Shown here piece after piece: positions 1-19,620 of a DNA stretch of 64,000 bases. The first letter of the stretch is position 1. Each line of letters opens with the position of its first letter. Source of the DNA: Tubiluchus corallicola (Eukaryota; Animalia; Priapulida); NCBI GenBank assembly GCA_030141605.1, contig JAQGDQ010000022.1, forward strand, positions 868,001 through 932,000, written 5' to 3'. Below the pieces are notes generated by a model. The model saw nothing but the letters and a program-made list of their open reading frames with translations, was not told the DNA's origin and searched no databases. Position numbers and translations under genes: made by a program.

Positions 1-2475
1 GCATTACTGGTCAGTAGTCACATAAATCCAAACGTTTGCATTGCTTATTTACATTCCGTGAAACAATATTAAACGATTTTAGTACACAATCAACTTATCA
101 AAATTTGTCTACAAAGTCTTGAGAGGGTGATAGTAAAGGCAGTTGAAAAAGCCAAATAGTAGGCCTAAAGCATAACTAAAACATGTGAACAAACGTGTGT
201 TAAAAAGAGTATGTATATATAAAATATGCAAGCAGCGGGTGATAACATTCTTATAAATTTCTCGGATGGTATAAATTGCCTCACCTACATACACATTAAA
301 TGACTGTGGTATTAGTGGAGTAAAAATTTCCTCTGCAAAATTAACTGCAACAAAAAACTCTTAGAAATTTCATTTTTCTAAAGCCATACAATAACACTTA
401 CCACAACATTAAAAAATATGCATAATTTATTATAGTCAGAAAAATATAATACTGTTATAAGTTAATTGAAATCAAGTCGAATGAACTTGTGTTATGGAAC
501 TCCCAGAGTCGCTGAGTAGGCCTATTGATTAACAAAACATGTGGATAGCCTCGTATGAAGAAGAAACAGTCTCACGAGTTCCAAGCGTTCTCTAATCTAC
601 AACACATGTAGGCAAAACCGGGAATCACTTACGCTTCTTGAACCACGTGCTGCGAGTCCTTGGTCATTTTGTTCATTAGAGCAGTAATTATGAACCATTT
701 ACAGTTAATGGTCAGTTATGATGGCCTGGCTAACGCAATAAGCAAAGCAGACTTTCATGGCGTGTTCAGCTGTGCAATTAACGTAATATAAATCATCACG
801 GATAATTGAAACTTGTAAAATTACTAAGTTTTTAAAATTGTTGCAAACACTGTTGCAATTTTAGTGACTCAAGGACTAAAACAAAGGCATTTAATTTTCA
901 TCTGTGGTCGGGAGGAATCCCTATTTCCCTTTAGTAGAAGCATTTTAGATAGTTTTTATGCATTTGTTTTCACACAAAAAATCTGTATAGGTAAAAAACC
1001 TTGCAAAGTTGCATTCAAGACTTTCAAATTTGTCAAACATTCAGACATTATGTATATCTTTTTGAAATGTTACATTTTATTATAAAACTACATCTATCAT
1101 GTTATACAATATTCATGACTTTCTCTTTTTAGCATAGATTAGCCATGCAAATGAGTGATGTACTGTATAACATTTCTTTCAACTGAATAGTTTGCAAGAG
1201 TCGCTTAGTTTTAGGATAGTTATATCATTCCTCTCTTGTAACGTTGCAGCTCACAATGACGACGACAATGATAGCAGCATCTTCTGCTGGTCATTGGTAC
1301 GCTAATATTTTTATAATGGACACCATTAGATCGTCTCATTATATCATATAGTTAGGCCAATATATTAGCAATACACAATTATGCGTGTCAAGTGAGTGTT
1401 TCCCTAACGGAGGCGTTGGAGTAAATATCGTTGCAAGGCGATCATTTGTCACATTTAACAAAACAACCATAAATTTCAAGCTCTTGGTGCAATCGCCACT
1501 ATAAAACCTAATTACAGTTGATACTCTAAACCGTAATTGCCCATCATGGTAACCACTAGTGAGTGAGAATTAAGAAAATTTTCAAGATAACCCCCTCGTA
1601 ATTGCTTAGAGCCCTGGACAGAAGATATACTATTACACGGTTATAGCTACACGCATAAACACTTAGCAGATCTGCTGAGCTTCAACATAAACGCACCCCA
1701 AGCACAACGTTTTCGGGATTATTCCCTGGAGTTTTTCACCAACCCCAGCTGCAAAATAATTACGATAACCAGTTGGGTACATCAGATTGTTGAGACTTTA
1801 TTTCAGGATTCCGTGGAATTATCCCGAGATGTGTTTGTTGTTTGGGAAAACATTTCAGTGAGTCGGTTGATTGTGGCAAAATCAGCTCTGTTACACTGTT
1901 CCGCTAATAATACCTAAACGACTATGAAATTGAGGACGAAACAAGCGGCCATAAAGAGTGTAGCACTGATTGAAACCGTCTGAAAGTGAGAAGGAAAGCA
2001 TCTATAAACTTGCCCTGGACAAGTTAAGCCAGGTCATTCGTTTTACGCTTCACAAATACACGTTTAATTACTATTATTATTTGAACAAACCTACTAACAA
2101 AGCCGATTTGTGCAAAAAAAGATAAAAAATACAATGAACTTCTCAAGTGTCCAGTCTTTGTTTATGAAAAAGCTATGTGAAATGTCATTTACTACTCATC
2201 AAGATGCAACATCCATATTTATGTAGTGACGCTGTGTTGCGACAGGCAGAAAATGACACTTAATAACGATTTTCTTCAACAAAGACTGATCCACTAGAAA
2301 ATTAATTTATGCAAACCTGAAAGCATAAAATAAGAATAAGAATAGAATTGTCTAACAATTCTTGATCTTAAATATGATGCTTGCGCCATTTTTTAAAAAA
2401 TCTAGACAGTATAACGTCTCAGTGCATGATGGCAAACACTGCCCCAATGGTAGTTAGGGTTATAAAGGCTTTGAT

Positions 2476-2512
2476 ATGAATAATACAAGTTCATACAACT
2501 TGTATTATTCAT
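2476..2512. repeat. Perfect 16-bp inverted repeat (hairpin)
   Basis: atgaataatacaagtt-catac-aacttgtattattcat. Confidence 0.85.
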
Positions 2513-5500
2513 GTCCTAAATGGAAATGAAAATATTAAATCATTTGTTGTCATTACTTATAATTTACAAAAGTAAATAGAATCCTGAAATTTGAATAGTG
2601 TCTATTTTGATCTGATATTTTATGTAGCAATGAACAGTAGAAATGAACAGTTAGGCCAAACGGCCAATGTATCCAAATGACAGTTTCTTACTCCACATCA
2701 CATTGAAGAACCTCTGGGTTCTTAAGTTGTCCTGACTGCACTTCATTGCTGTTTCTAGCTTAATTATCAGACTAGTAAATCTTTCCAGAAGATTTCCTCA
2801 CTTCAGAAGGCTTTCATCTTATCTTGATCATCTTGTCAATTCACAGTTTGCTTACAGCTGCTTCGTGTAAATCCAGCCACCTACTTGTTCAGAGAGGAGA
2901 AACACGTTTTACACAAAAATCGCTTAATTTTCGGAAATGAAATGTGCTAAATCAATATAGCGTAATATTTAGCGGTAATAACGATAAATTAAAATTATTA
3001 CAGAAGTACTACAAGGCATTAATCTACTTTAGTTATGAAAAACATTATTTGTTTTAATATAACAATAATTTCCGAGCTTTTTGGGTTTTGTTGCTTAATG
3101 ACTTAAAAAATTCGTTATGTTTCGTGTTCTTTGATGAGCTAGAACTACTGCCTACTGATTGGTTAATCGAATGGGATTTTATTTCGCCAAAGTGATTTCT
3201 TCATTACTGATCAACTGTTAATTGTGCACTGATTGTTTAAAAAATGCTGACAAGTTCTTCTTGACACGGTGACAGTAACTTCTGAGAAACAGTGTTCGTT
3301 TTTCAATATTTTAGGCATGTTTAGCAGTTTTGGTCACTAATATTACTGATCGTTAGTCGATAGGTCAGTTGTTCAACGTCGGCCCTCTCTGATTAGCGAT
3401 CGTGATTTTATTAGATTCCATTCATTTTTGATGCATATCAAACAGTGTTCGAATAATTGTGCTTTTGCTCAGAAATCCGAGCTTTGATGATTCTTGATCG
3501 TATAGTGATCGTGTAAAAACAGCACTTAAATAATGCTGATTTTTGTTCCTGGTTCTGAGAACAGTAAGTCGAAGAGAAGCTTTGTTACACTAGTAAATCA
3601 AGTTACAGTACCCGTTTTTCCCTAACATAAATTAGAATCTCCCATATAAATAATAAAACATCCATATAAATATTCAATTTTATGTTCTGCTACCAGACGA
3701 ACCAATAAACTGTTCATAGTGCACTCACTAGAGTCGCTAGAGTAAAACACAAAAGAAAAGAAAATGAAATACCTTAAAAATTGCGGTAAATAATACTATT
3801 TGGCCAACAGTACTCTTACTTATTTAAAAATGCCGGTTATTTAATACAAAGGAAAACTCTGAAAAAATTAAATGTGCCAACGGCAAAAACGTCAGCGTGA
3901 CGCCAGAGGCTCAGAAACCTAACGTACGTCTTATGCATTAATTTTTTTTTTATTTTGTCGTACAAAACAGATGCTTTAGGTAAATTTGTACATCTGCCTA
4001 AAAAAAATATTTTCTGTCGAAATAAAAGTTTGCTCTTCTTACTACAAGTACAAAGCAGTACACATTCCAATAAGCTTAACTCCTAATGAACAAGGCAATC
4101 ACTATAGAGACCATTGTATCCTGCGACACATAGTCACTTATTGTCGGGTGACTGCACCCCATCATGAATCAAAGTCCAATTCATCATCTTGTCAGTCGCA
4201 TCAGGGATAATAAGCAAAGAAACCTTTGGCTCTGCGGTTCGCTGATAATTGTTGAAGACCGTTTATTTGGAGTCATACCTGAAATGCTGCGCAGAAAAAC
4301 CCTCTCTGTATGCGCAGTTACTACAGCCTTGTGCACGACCATAACACATTCACATCAGGGTAATTATGATACAGTATTATAAATCAAATTAGGAAACAGG
4401 GCCTTCAATGACTCTTTAAAAGATACCTTGCCCCATTTCTGGAGCAAGCATATTAACATTCATCTTGCATACAGCGACATATGTTTGCTGAACCCAAAAA
4501 CTACTCACGAGCATTTCTATAAAATTTGCATTAATTGCAATTTGCAAATGATACTAGGGACGCTACAACAATGCTTTCTCTTTCTTGTCAGCGCGTTGCA
4601 CATTTGAACAATATACCATGTCAAAGTGTTTACAGTGCCTGTGTCGACATCTACCAAGATAAGAGGTATCAAAATAATTACATTTTCTTTACTCTAGCCA
4701 TTTCCATTTCACAATACTGTTTTACGTCAAAACAGCGCAATTATTTAAAGCATATTACAACATACTGAGCAGCAAATAATTTCCTTAATCTAATTTGTGG
4801 CTTTGTATTAAACAGTAAAAACCTGCTTTTTCGATTACGTTATATATACCCTAACATTAACAGCAGAAAAACAATTTGTTGCGTTTCTTGCTTAGTAGCT
4901 TTGTTGTTAATGTTTTTATCTGGTGCATAAGAAAAACTAAAAGAAGTCTCCATTTCCTGGTGAATGTACAGCGCGATGTTCGTACGTGGAATATATTACT
5001 GGGTGAATTATAAATATTATTTTTTGATAAAATAATGCTGTCAGTTTCTGTAATTAATTAAGATAAGCTCTTCTGAAATAAAAAAAATGTGCATTGACAC
5101 ATTTCAGTTTTATATAAACTGTAATCACATTATTTTTGATAGGTAATGCCAATTTATATCTTCTACAGATCATGAAAAAAGCCAAGCCACTGCCGCGAAA
5201 GACTCTGGTGGTAGTGGAATCATTTGTGACGTTATGTGAAGGAACTGATAAAATCAACTGCAAGCTTCACTCGAATCATGTCATGAAGAACCGTTAATTC
5301 TGCATAAACAATCAATAATCACAACTAATGCCCCCTCTGTGCCTAGTCATCCCTAAGCGGTACTTAGAGTTACTGAAAGCTGAATGATCACTATGCGAAA
5401 CAGCGGAATAACACAGCGCTCGTAAATCCAAGTCAGTTTCCTTACCATGACCACTTAATTAATTTTCAATCAATTTTATAGACTCCATCGTCCTTCGTAT

Positions 5501-8500
5501 ACCATCATTACGAGCAGCAGTAAAGCGAGTTAATAGCCATAACAGCGCGGTACTTGCTTAAAACTATCAGATACGCGACTGACAGGGATTTCAGTGCTCA
5601 AACCGAAAGGAACCAAATGTTGTAAAAAAAACTTCCAAAAGAAAAAGGCAGGCTTTCAGTGTTTTCTAAACCTTTTCTTGGGCCGTGTTATTGGACTTGA
5701 CACAAACTTTAAAATGTATCTGCGAAAGATCTCCCAGAACCAGAGAAAAGAAATTTCAGCTGCTTATAATATATTTCACTTATTTTTGAGTTTAAATTAG
5801 AAAATAAATAATACAATGGAAATTTGAAACCTGCAAGAGTTAAAAAATATGGAAAGACAAGGTGAGATGTCTCACTGTTCACACGCTATATTTTCTTACA
5901 AAAGAGATTTTTACAAATAAGTGCTATTAATGATCTTTTCTCAGGCAAAGCAAAAAAAATGAATTATAATTTGCTTCGCAATGACAAAGGGTGAGCTATT
6001 ATGCGCAAAAAGTTTCTTCTGTAGGAAAGTATAATATCCTGTAGGAAAATTAAGCACAACTGAGACGCTATTTGTATGTAATTATGAGAAATGATTTGCA
6101 AACATTCGTATTATGACGATAAACATCTTAAAACAGTAAATTTGTAAACAACATAAAAACGTACAAAGCAAAAGTTCTACAAACTAATGGTATAATGTAT
6201 ATATATATAACATTGGCATAACACTGTAACACTAATTTTACTTATGTAGTAAAATGATCTATTGTGAAAAATGTAGTGTTTTATCTTAAAATTTATAAAT
6301 AATAGGTTACAAAAAAGGCTTCGAAACGTAGTATAAAACTTACCGCGTACTCTTAAATTCATCAAAAGATTATTTGAAAAAGTGAACATGCAACAGCACA
6401 TTTTGTAATTTTATAAATCGACAATTACAATTATGTTTACAAGAGATTTAGTTACCTTCCATCAATTGACCGAAACTGAGAAATGTATAGGAAACTAACA
6501 AGGCATAAGACCCTTAGTGACTCAGTGCAAAATGCTGACTCTGTTTGCCAAACCACTAATTGCAAAGAAATAACTACAATGTTGATGGTAAACTAACGCC
6601 AGGAAAGTGTAAGAAGTTGTTTCCACTTACAAAAACACACCAGCCCCCTTGCTAATAGGTCTGTCAGTACCCGGCGTTTAAACCAGCTGAAGGGGAGAAG
6701 TAATTGTCCTGATTAAATTTTTGCCATGCGGCTGGTTATTTGTGGGAGGAAGCCAGCTGCGAGCACACACAAACAATATGGCTTCGTCACCTTTATTGCT
6801 CAATTGAAACAAGAGAAACGAGTTGTACCAACTGTAACAGAAACCGTTTGAGATGTTGCGCGGCAGTGTTTTGAATTTCAATATTTGTGAAAGAGTTGCT
6901 CTCTACTCGCCGATCGTTAGCGATTTGTTTGGCTTCCCGGGTCTACTGCTCAGCTTATCTTCCCAAGCAGATGAATGTTGGCGGAATATTGTAACAGTTT
7001 TGCCAGCTCGTCGGGCAACAGTGTCGGCTGTTAAGACGTAATTTTATTATCGCTTTTTTTCAACGAGTAGCGGCACTATTGTAGGATGATGGATCGGTGA
7101 GGATTTATTCACTGGAAACAAATCTGCTGATGTATCAATCAGTTATAGTGGCACGTTTAACTCCAGTACAGAGACTGTTTCATAAAACATGGCGAACCAA
7201 CCATTTCACGGAAAATGAAAAAAATAAACGAGATCTTAACAGAATATATAGTTATTTACGTCTAGGCATACCACAGAATTACTATAATGTACAAATCTAA
7301 CACACGAAACACAACACTGATCAGTATCTTAACAAAACATGACTTTTACGGTATTTTCTTTATTTGTTAATTTATTTTATTTAATGCGTTCACTCGTCCA
7401 TGTGTTCGTTCATCTCTTTCATTGTTTGTCTCTTACAGAGTTGTTAGTACGCTTGCTTTATTTAAATGTTTTAGTGTTGCTTTGTTGTTATGTTTTCGTA
7501 CGTTTCCATACGTTTATTTTGGATACAGAGTTAATCATTACTGTTAATAATTTGCTTTCATTCGATTTAGGCCTGCCTTTTAACTCTTACAGCCAAAAGT
7601 GTCATTTGGCAAATAAAAATACAAACAACGCTACTTTTGTTAAAAATTACAACGACAGTTATTACTACACAAACTACGAAAAGGCTTGATAACTACATCA
7701 TATCAAACAAATAGTACGTAATCAAGCAATTATCGTTTGATTTCACGTCATAGTCATTAGCAATGTTTACCACCAAAATGCCAACTTCTTTATTCCATTG
7801 TTATATGCCACATTGAATTTTTTCTTATCAAAAAGTACAACAGTAATTGTCAAAAGAAACGACTCAATTTTAGTAAAGCACAATATCAAATTTTCTTAAT
7901 AAAGTTATAATGCGAACATGAGTCAACTGTGTCTGATTCTCAATTTTCATTATCCTCGAAATCACAATGCAGAAATCTAAACCAAGTGACCTACATTACG
8001 AAGTAAGCATAAAAAGTAAGTAAATAAGAACTTTAATATGCCAGGGAACAATAAAATATCAGAATGCGTACAAATGATGCAGCGATTTAGTAAAAAGTCA
8101 AAATAGACCCTGACCAATCCTCCTGAAGCTAAACCCAATTAATCGAGCTGCTCGGGCACAGCCAGAGTAGAGGTAATACTTATTTTCTAATTTTCACCTG
8201 CTTCTACCACAGTGACACGTTAGCAGAGTGGCTAATTTATTAATGATACCTTATTACTAAAAGCGCAGGTGCATGGACAGAAAGACCACACCACTGGCTA
8301 ATTGACAGAGGTGATACTTGTATTGTACATACCTCTCGAAAATTGACCACACGCTTCTGTTGCTGCCAATGTATGATTAAATTTTGAAATGCACAATTAA
8401 CTTAATACCGTCGATATTTTACTCTTCGTCAATGCCACGTGACTGCTGTGATAATTGATAATTGGCAGTTCTGAAGTTACTTTATATATATATATATAAA

Positions 8501-8668
8501 TACTTATATACATATGTATATATATATATACGTTTATATGTATATATATATACTTTATATATAGTTACTTTATTTATTTATATATATAAGCTTACCAAAG
8601 TTTTCAGCCACGTCAAAGTTTAGAATGTCAAACTAAAAGGCAGCAAAAATGACAAGATAAATTGCTTA

Positions 8669-9103
<435 letters not shown>

Positions 9104-11280
9104 AGCGCAAAAGTATTACTAACAAAGACTGAAACAGTCAAAGTATACGGGGCAAGAGATACATGTAGATCTCCTATGTATTGCGCACAGGACAAAACAA
9201 TTTTAACAACATAATCTTCAAAATTGTCCAAATTTCTATGCTGTGCTCAGAATAGAACAATTTGGACCTCATAATCTTCAAAACGTCCAAATTTCTAATC
9301 AATCTAATGCTGTACTGGAACCATACATTCATGGCGGAGACAGTGATTGAGTGGTTCTGATGGAAGAGACACATCCCGCACCGCAAATGGTTATCTCTTT
9401 CTGGCAGACGACGCTCTTGATTATGACCCAAGTAATTAAAGCAATTACGCAGACCGCAACTCTGTTGATTTGAATGCTTTTGAGAGTAATTAAGAGTCGT
9501 TCATCATAACTGTCAAGATACAGTCAGTTCCGTTCATGACTGCTGGGCTGTTTAATATTGTCAGTGTCACATCATTAATACTATTAATAAGCCCACAGCA
9601 GCAATTCCTGGCTGAGTGAATATGATAAGGGTCTGTCATAATCGCTTCAGGTGGTAGAGTAGTTATGAAAAATAATAAGTTATGCAGGGATAGGTGGGTG
9701 TATATTTAACGCCCGCTTTTAGGCCTACTGTAGAATAATTTCTACATATATATCACGTGGCGCAAAAATGTGCAGAAGTTCTGATCACAGAAAAGACGAA
9801 AATAACAGAATCGCTTGAGAATTATCAAATTTTATGTTGCAGTCACTTGCGTATAAACACCAAAAATTTTAGGTCATTCCCTTAGATTTTTCCAAAGATA
9901 CAGAAATTTTAAAACAACAAGTAAAAAATAAATTCAGGAGAAACTTTTGTGTGGTTATTGTTAAAATTTACAGTGAGTGTTCTACTATTTCAAATTAAAT
10001 GACGATGTTCCTTCGAACAGCAGACTCAGTTTCTCACTTCCTTAAGGAGCGTTTGTTACCAGCACTCAACAATTTTTACGTGCAATTCCTCTTTATCACA
10101 CAGCTCTATGCGGCCGCTTTCTCTTTAATGGAATTCCAAATACGGTAGTCTCAAACGGCTGAATTCTATTTTCATTGACAACATATCATTATCAGTATTT
10201 CATTTTTTGTGATGGCTGATTAAAACCTTGACATAAATTGCCTGATTTCTCACTTGTTTTGCTGTCATGTATAGAGTTATTCGTCTGTTTGGTTGTCTTT
10301 CAGTTCAAGCTTTAACTGACATTGTTCTAGTATTTAAATGTTTAACATGCAAAAATTTTTCAGCCATAACCCACAGACTACTAAAACTATAAACATGCAG
10401 CTTTCACGGCCAAACCTTACTGTAGCGTAATATCAAGCTGTGAAATTTCAATTTTGTAGGCTACTTGCTTCTAATCTTAGTTTAGTATAAATTTCGGCAC
10501 ATTCTTTCCTGCGCGACCCAATAAATAGTTATTTTTAAAGTGTTATTCTGAGGTCTTAATTAAATTAAATTCACCTTTCATTTCAGCATTTATAAAATTG
10601 GCATAATTATAAAACACTAAAAATAAAGTACTATACACACATACAAACACACATAATACTCTTAATTTAAGAGTGTCGTAGCTTAGTCCTGGGTTACCAA
10701 ACTACAAGCCAAAACGATTTTCTCTTGAACCGAAGCCGATTAAAACCGACAAACACACAGACACAGAAACCAACAGACCTGCCAGTCGTTTCAACTTGCA
10801 CGATACTACGCTATAATGTACGATACTCTTATAAAGATGCCTTCAAAAGTAATTCCATTTATCTGAACAACCGTCGATCAACACAGAGCTAGAACCTAGC
10901 GGAATCGGTAAACTAAACCGTTCCGATCATTGGTTCACAATCATCTATATCTGGTTTTCCGAACATCAGTAATTAACGCACATCACAAAACAAACATGTC
11001 TAAAACCATTCGCTCACGCTACCAACAATATTAAAATGAGACCATGCTTATTTTACACATTACAATGTAGCTTACGCTAACGAGTTATTAATCACGTAAC
11101 TATTATAGGGCCTACGTAATTATTTCTTATTTTTTAAACCGAAAATTAAGACAGAACCGTGTTTTAAACAAGTGGACCCAAGTAACCACATAACGAGCTT
11201 CAAAAATATAAGGAATATATTCAAAAACGCATTACGTTATATAGTCGCCCGCATACTATGTCATAACATACTATGTCATA

Positions 11281-11494
11281 CCGCATAACAGCAGTACAGT
11301 GGGAACCACCTGGTGGGAAACGAAAAAGAGGTCGGCCAAAAACAACGTGGCGCAGATCCTTCAAAGAAGACCTTCGAGCTGTCAACATACGTTGGGAAAA
11401 CGTAGAGAACGAAGCCGCCGATAGAACTCAGTGGAAAATGCTGTCTGCCCAATGTGCATCAATGCGCAGGAAGGACTAAGGTCTAAGGTAAGGT
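11281..11494 (+). mobile_element. 5'-truncated RTE-like non-LTR retrotransposon (3' end)
   Basis: Encodes WEPPGGKRKRGRPKTTWRRSFKEDL...W...AADRTQW, the typical RTE-clade ORF C-terminus. Ends in a short taagg repeat tail. Flanked by atactatgtcata at 11268-11280 and 11495-11507. Confidence 0.85.
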
Positions 11495-11739
11495 ATACTA
11501 TGTCATATGGCCTCTAAGCATCAACATTATAGGTCTAATCTTGAAAGTACTACTAGCTTACATCGCGAAATGAAATAAATTTATTACTCTAGTGTCAGAA
11601 CTCAACCATCAATGTGAAAAAGAAATCAAATGTGGATATATTATTTAAGTTATACGTCTGAGAGATAGTTCAGTGTTGTATCTCGTGACACAAGCCTGTT
11701 TCTTGGAGGTAGGCTTAACTATTGTGAATTTGCTAAATG

Positions 11740-12525
11740 TAGTAAGGGTGTACCACGGCATTTAGGCCTTTCAATTTTTAATACCTTTATAAACGATGTC
11801 TTTCATGTGGTTACTAAGTCAAACTTGGCAAATTGTAATACTTTGTGATGTAATACCTTGTGGTGATAATACTTTGATGCAGGATTTGAGGTTAAAAAAG
11901 TATTATTAAATAGAATTCAAGCAAACCCGGATAAATGCCGAAAATTAATTGTAAAACTTTTATTTCATTTGTATTAAATTTCTACCCATCAGAATGGCAT
12001 TTTTGCAGTGTGTATAAAGAACAAAAATTTCAGAAATTGAATTATCTCGCATTACGTTACGTTCATCATGATTTCAAAAGTAATTATAAAGGCCTACTTA
12101 TCAAAGGTAAAAATATTTCCCTTTCTTTATATAAAACTAAACTGATTGGTATTGAGGTACACAAAATCATAGCTAAACTCTTCGTATCTCAATGATTTTT
12201 TTTTGTTTCTCTTAAGAAGGTGCACAATATGATGAAAGTTCAAAAGCCTGATTTTAATTTTATGCGTTATAAATGTAATTATGTATATTACGGTGCATAT
12301 ATAAGGTATGAGCTGCCCAGCAGTGTGAAGAAGGCCAGAAATTTCAAGGAATTAGCTAACATTGCTGTTTTTATCTTGCATTTTTATATGCATATATATT
12401 TATAGATGCGTGTGTGCGTCTTTTAGTTCCATCTCTGTTCTTAACCGCCGTTTTTTCAGTTTATATAAAATTTCTTATGTGTTTGTGCTTTTTATTTGTA
12501 CACACATACCAACTTTAAATAAAGA
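11740..12525 (+). mobile_element. Decayed LINE (CR1/L2-like) reverse transcriptase remnant
   Basis: gggtgtaccacggcatttaggcctttcaatttttaatacctttataaacgat resembles GVPQGSxLGPxLFxxFIND; caagcaaacccggataaa encodes QANPDK. Frameshifted; boundaries approximate. Confidence 0.6.
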
Positions 12526-12688
12526 TTAATATTAAATTTATCCTATCAGCTTTGCTTCGTCTTAAAGCTTAAGATGTGATGGACCAACCTTAAGTTTTAT
12601 TGTAAATCTGGAATGATGTGTCATTGCCTCAGTGCACTGAAACCGTAAAATAAATCGAGTGTTGTCCTTGCGGTTTAAGTTAATATTG

Positions 12689-12704
12689 TGGCGCCATCTA
12701 TTAG
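12689..12704 (-). promoter_or_regulatory. CTCF-like motif
   Basis: tggcgccatctattag, reverse complement ctaatagatggcgcca, matches the CTCF core (CCASYAGRKGGCRS) with mismatches. Confidence 0.4.
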
Positions 12705-13614
12705 CTAATTCGTTCTAGGGTTATGTGTAGTTATATACATTTGAATCGCATATCAAAACCTTTCAGTTAGTCATAATGATAAACCATAATTTTCCTACTA
12801 TAACAAACATAGTCATTCATTTTTAATATCAGTGAGAGTTTTCAAGCAGCACTAAAGACATTTTAATGTTGAGCTCAAATCATACCATTGACCACACCTA
12901 CTGCAATGCAGCATATCATGCGATAGATGAAAAAAAATTAGTATAACAAGGAACAGCGTGACGTCACTAGTAACTCGTGCTGCTTTGCTTCATTACTGCA
13001 GCCTTAGTTGTTTTTCGTTTTCTGACCATTCCTACTTTTACAGGTTTCACTGTTAGGTTGCCTTTTGCCCTAAAATATTATAATGCTCTGACAAAGAGTG
13101 ATCATCTTCACAAAGAATAAAATTACAGTCGATTCTTAGGTGTGGTTGACAAGAAAAGAACTGAACACCGAGGCAGCATGACAGAGTCTGTTCCCTACAC
13201 TTTACTCACAATGGGGCCCGAGCGGACCAGGTGTACTATGACTTAAAGTGAGATTCGAAAAGAAAAGAAAACTGAAACCTACTGCTGTTCCTTAAAGGGT
13301 AAGAAATGGCATGTCCCAAAAAACTTTCCATACAAATGTTATGTTATTTAGAATCATGCTTACGAAAGACTTACATAACTGGAAAAAATGCATTATAATT
13401 TAAAAAGTTCGCGCCAAGAGGTAAAGCGCCGCTGATTCGCCTTCCCAGTGTGCACCACTGTAAGAATCGGGAATAGGCCTACATTTTAACATGGAATTAA
13501 CTCCAAGTTTAAGAAAGATCTTAAGAAAAGTTTACTTCAGTTCGCAAATTGAAAAAATAAATGTCAAAATTAATAAAAAATTGAACTGAAATTAAAATCA
13601 ACAACTAGTATAAC

Positions 13615-13676
13615 ATCTACAGAAGTTAGACAATTAACTTCAATAGTTAGTTGTTTATTGTCTAACTTCTGTAGAT
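13615..13676. repeat. Perfect 20-bp inverted repeat with 22-nt spacer
   Basis: atctacagaagttagacaat ... attgtctaacttctgtagat. Confidence 0.85.
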
Positions 13677-14250
13677 CATTTTCAAAGTCTGGACTCCAAT
13701 TGTCAATCTCCTCATGCAGTCATACAGGTAATTTTTTGTGCTTTAACTATCTGCCTATTTATTTTACCTCAGATCATCAAAAATCACTCTGTAATTTTTT
13801 ACATTATTATGATATATTATGACTCCATTATACATTCGCTTGCCTATGTCTAAGAATTATGTTTGTGTTATAAAGTATATTTCAGTTGTCATTGTTATTA
13901 TGTTTCTGTTGTCAGATTTTTATTTCAGTTCTTGTTCCAGTTCTTATTTCAGTTCAGTTTTATTTCAGTTATTTTCAGTTTTTTTTTATTATGCACTTAT
14001 TATTACTGTGTATGAATTGTACTAACACGTTATAAGCATATCAATTTAATGTCATTCGTAACAATTAAATTTTTATTATAAGCAGTACTAACACTAATAC
14101 ACTGTAGCATAGCGCCTATAAAAATGTTCATCACTAACCAAAGGGCAGCTGACTAGATGAACAATTGGTCTTTCGCTGCCCTTTCTTCACATTTTTGTTT
14201 CCAAATTAATTGTATTATAACTGTGCGTGTGTTACAAGATAAATAAAAAG

Positions 14251-14385
<135 letters not shown>

Positions 14386-14479
14386 GAGTATAATGTTAAG
14401 CAAGTGACAGCATACATGTTCTTCATAGTAGTTTTTCTTTACTCACAGCACAATTAATTTTTAATTTAGCAGATCAAAA

Positions 14480-14830
14480 ATCTAAATCCGTGTCGACTGA
14501 TGCAGAATTTGTTCTAGTATATTTCTATAAAACTTGATTAGATCAATTACAGCGCCGCCTTAGTCTTTTTCGAAAATGGTTTTCTACGCCATCTTGAAAG
14601 CAAAATGGCGGACCGAAAATATGACTCTATTATTTCATGTGGAATTTGTTCTAGTATATTTTCGTAAAGCTTTACGATGATCGATTCGAAATTGGTATTG
14701 AAAATAATGTTATCGCCACAATCTTAAATTCAAAATGACATCGAAAATCTGACTCCGCCAAACAATACTGAATTCATTCTAGTGTATTCGTATAAAGTTT
14801 CATGACGATCCATTGCAAATTTGCATTGCG
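14480..14830. repeat. Degenerate ~130-140-bp tandem repeat (3 copies)
   Basis: gaatttgttctagtatattt recurs at ~14505, ~14642 and ~14770, each followed by a/taaagttt...gatc-like sequence. Confidence 0.55.
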
Positions 14831-15195
14831 AGGGCAAATTTTTTTAATCTTTTTCCTAAGTTTAGTGCTAAGTTTTTTCCTAAAATGATGTTATCGCTGC
14901 CACTTTAAATTTAAAATAACGGATCGTCCTACCAACAACAACAAGAATAACATCGAGATGAGCAGCGATTTGGGTCAAGCCTCAACCTAAGTTATCGCAC
15001 ATGCCACATCCGTGAGACGGTGAAATTAGCCAAGTCTCCTTGTTTTTTGTGGGCTACTGTAGTCCCAAGTCTCAAAATCCGTGTTTGGAAAAAATACCCT
15101 TATTGTGGTCGATTATCCAACGGGATTACCTTAAATCGTTACATTTATGCTTACTAGGTGTCGCTTCGCACCTTCTAGTTTTACGCCACCAAACG

Positions 15196-15203
15196 CTTCC
15201 TTT
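15196..15203 (+). promoter_or_regulatory. TCT/5'TOP pyrimidine initiator of RPL23
   Basis: cttccttt starts 18 nt upstream of the RPL23 ATG, as expected for a ribosomal protein gene TSS. Confidence 0.6.
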
Positions 15204-15213
15204 ATGAAATAAA

Positions 15214-19620
<4,407 letters not shown>

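Noticed and set aside
570-720. Minus-strand exon-like segments near the window start
   Set aside because: The implied intron is only 36 nt and the peptides are unrecognisable
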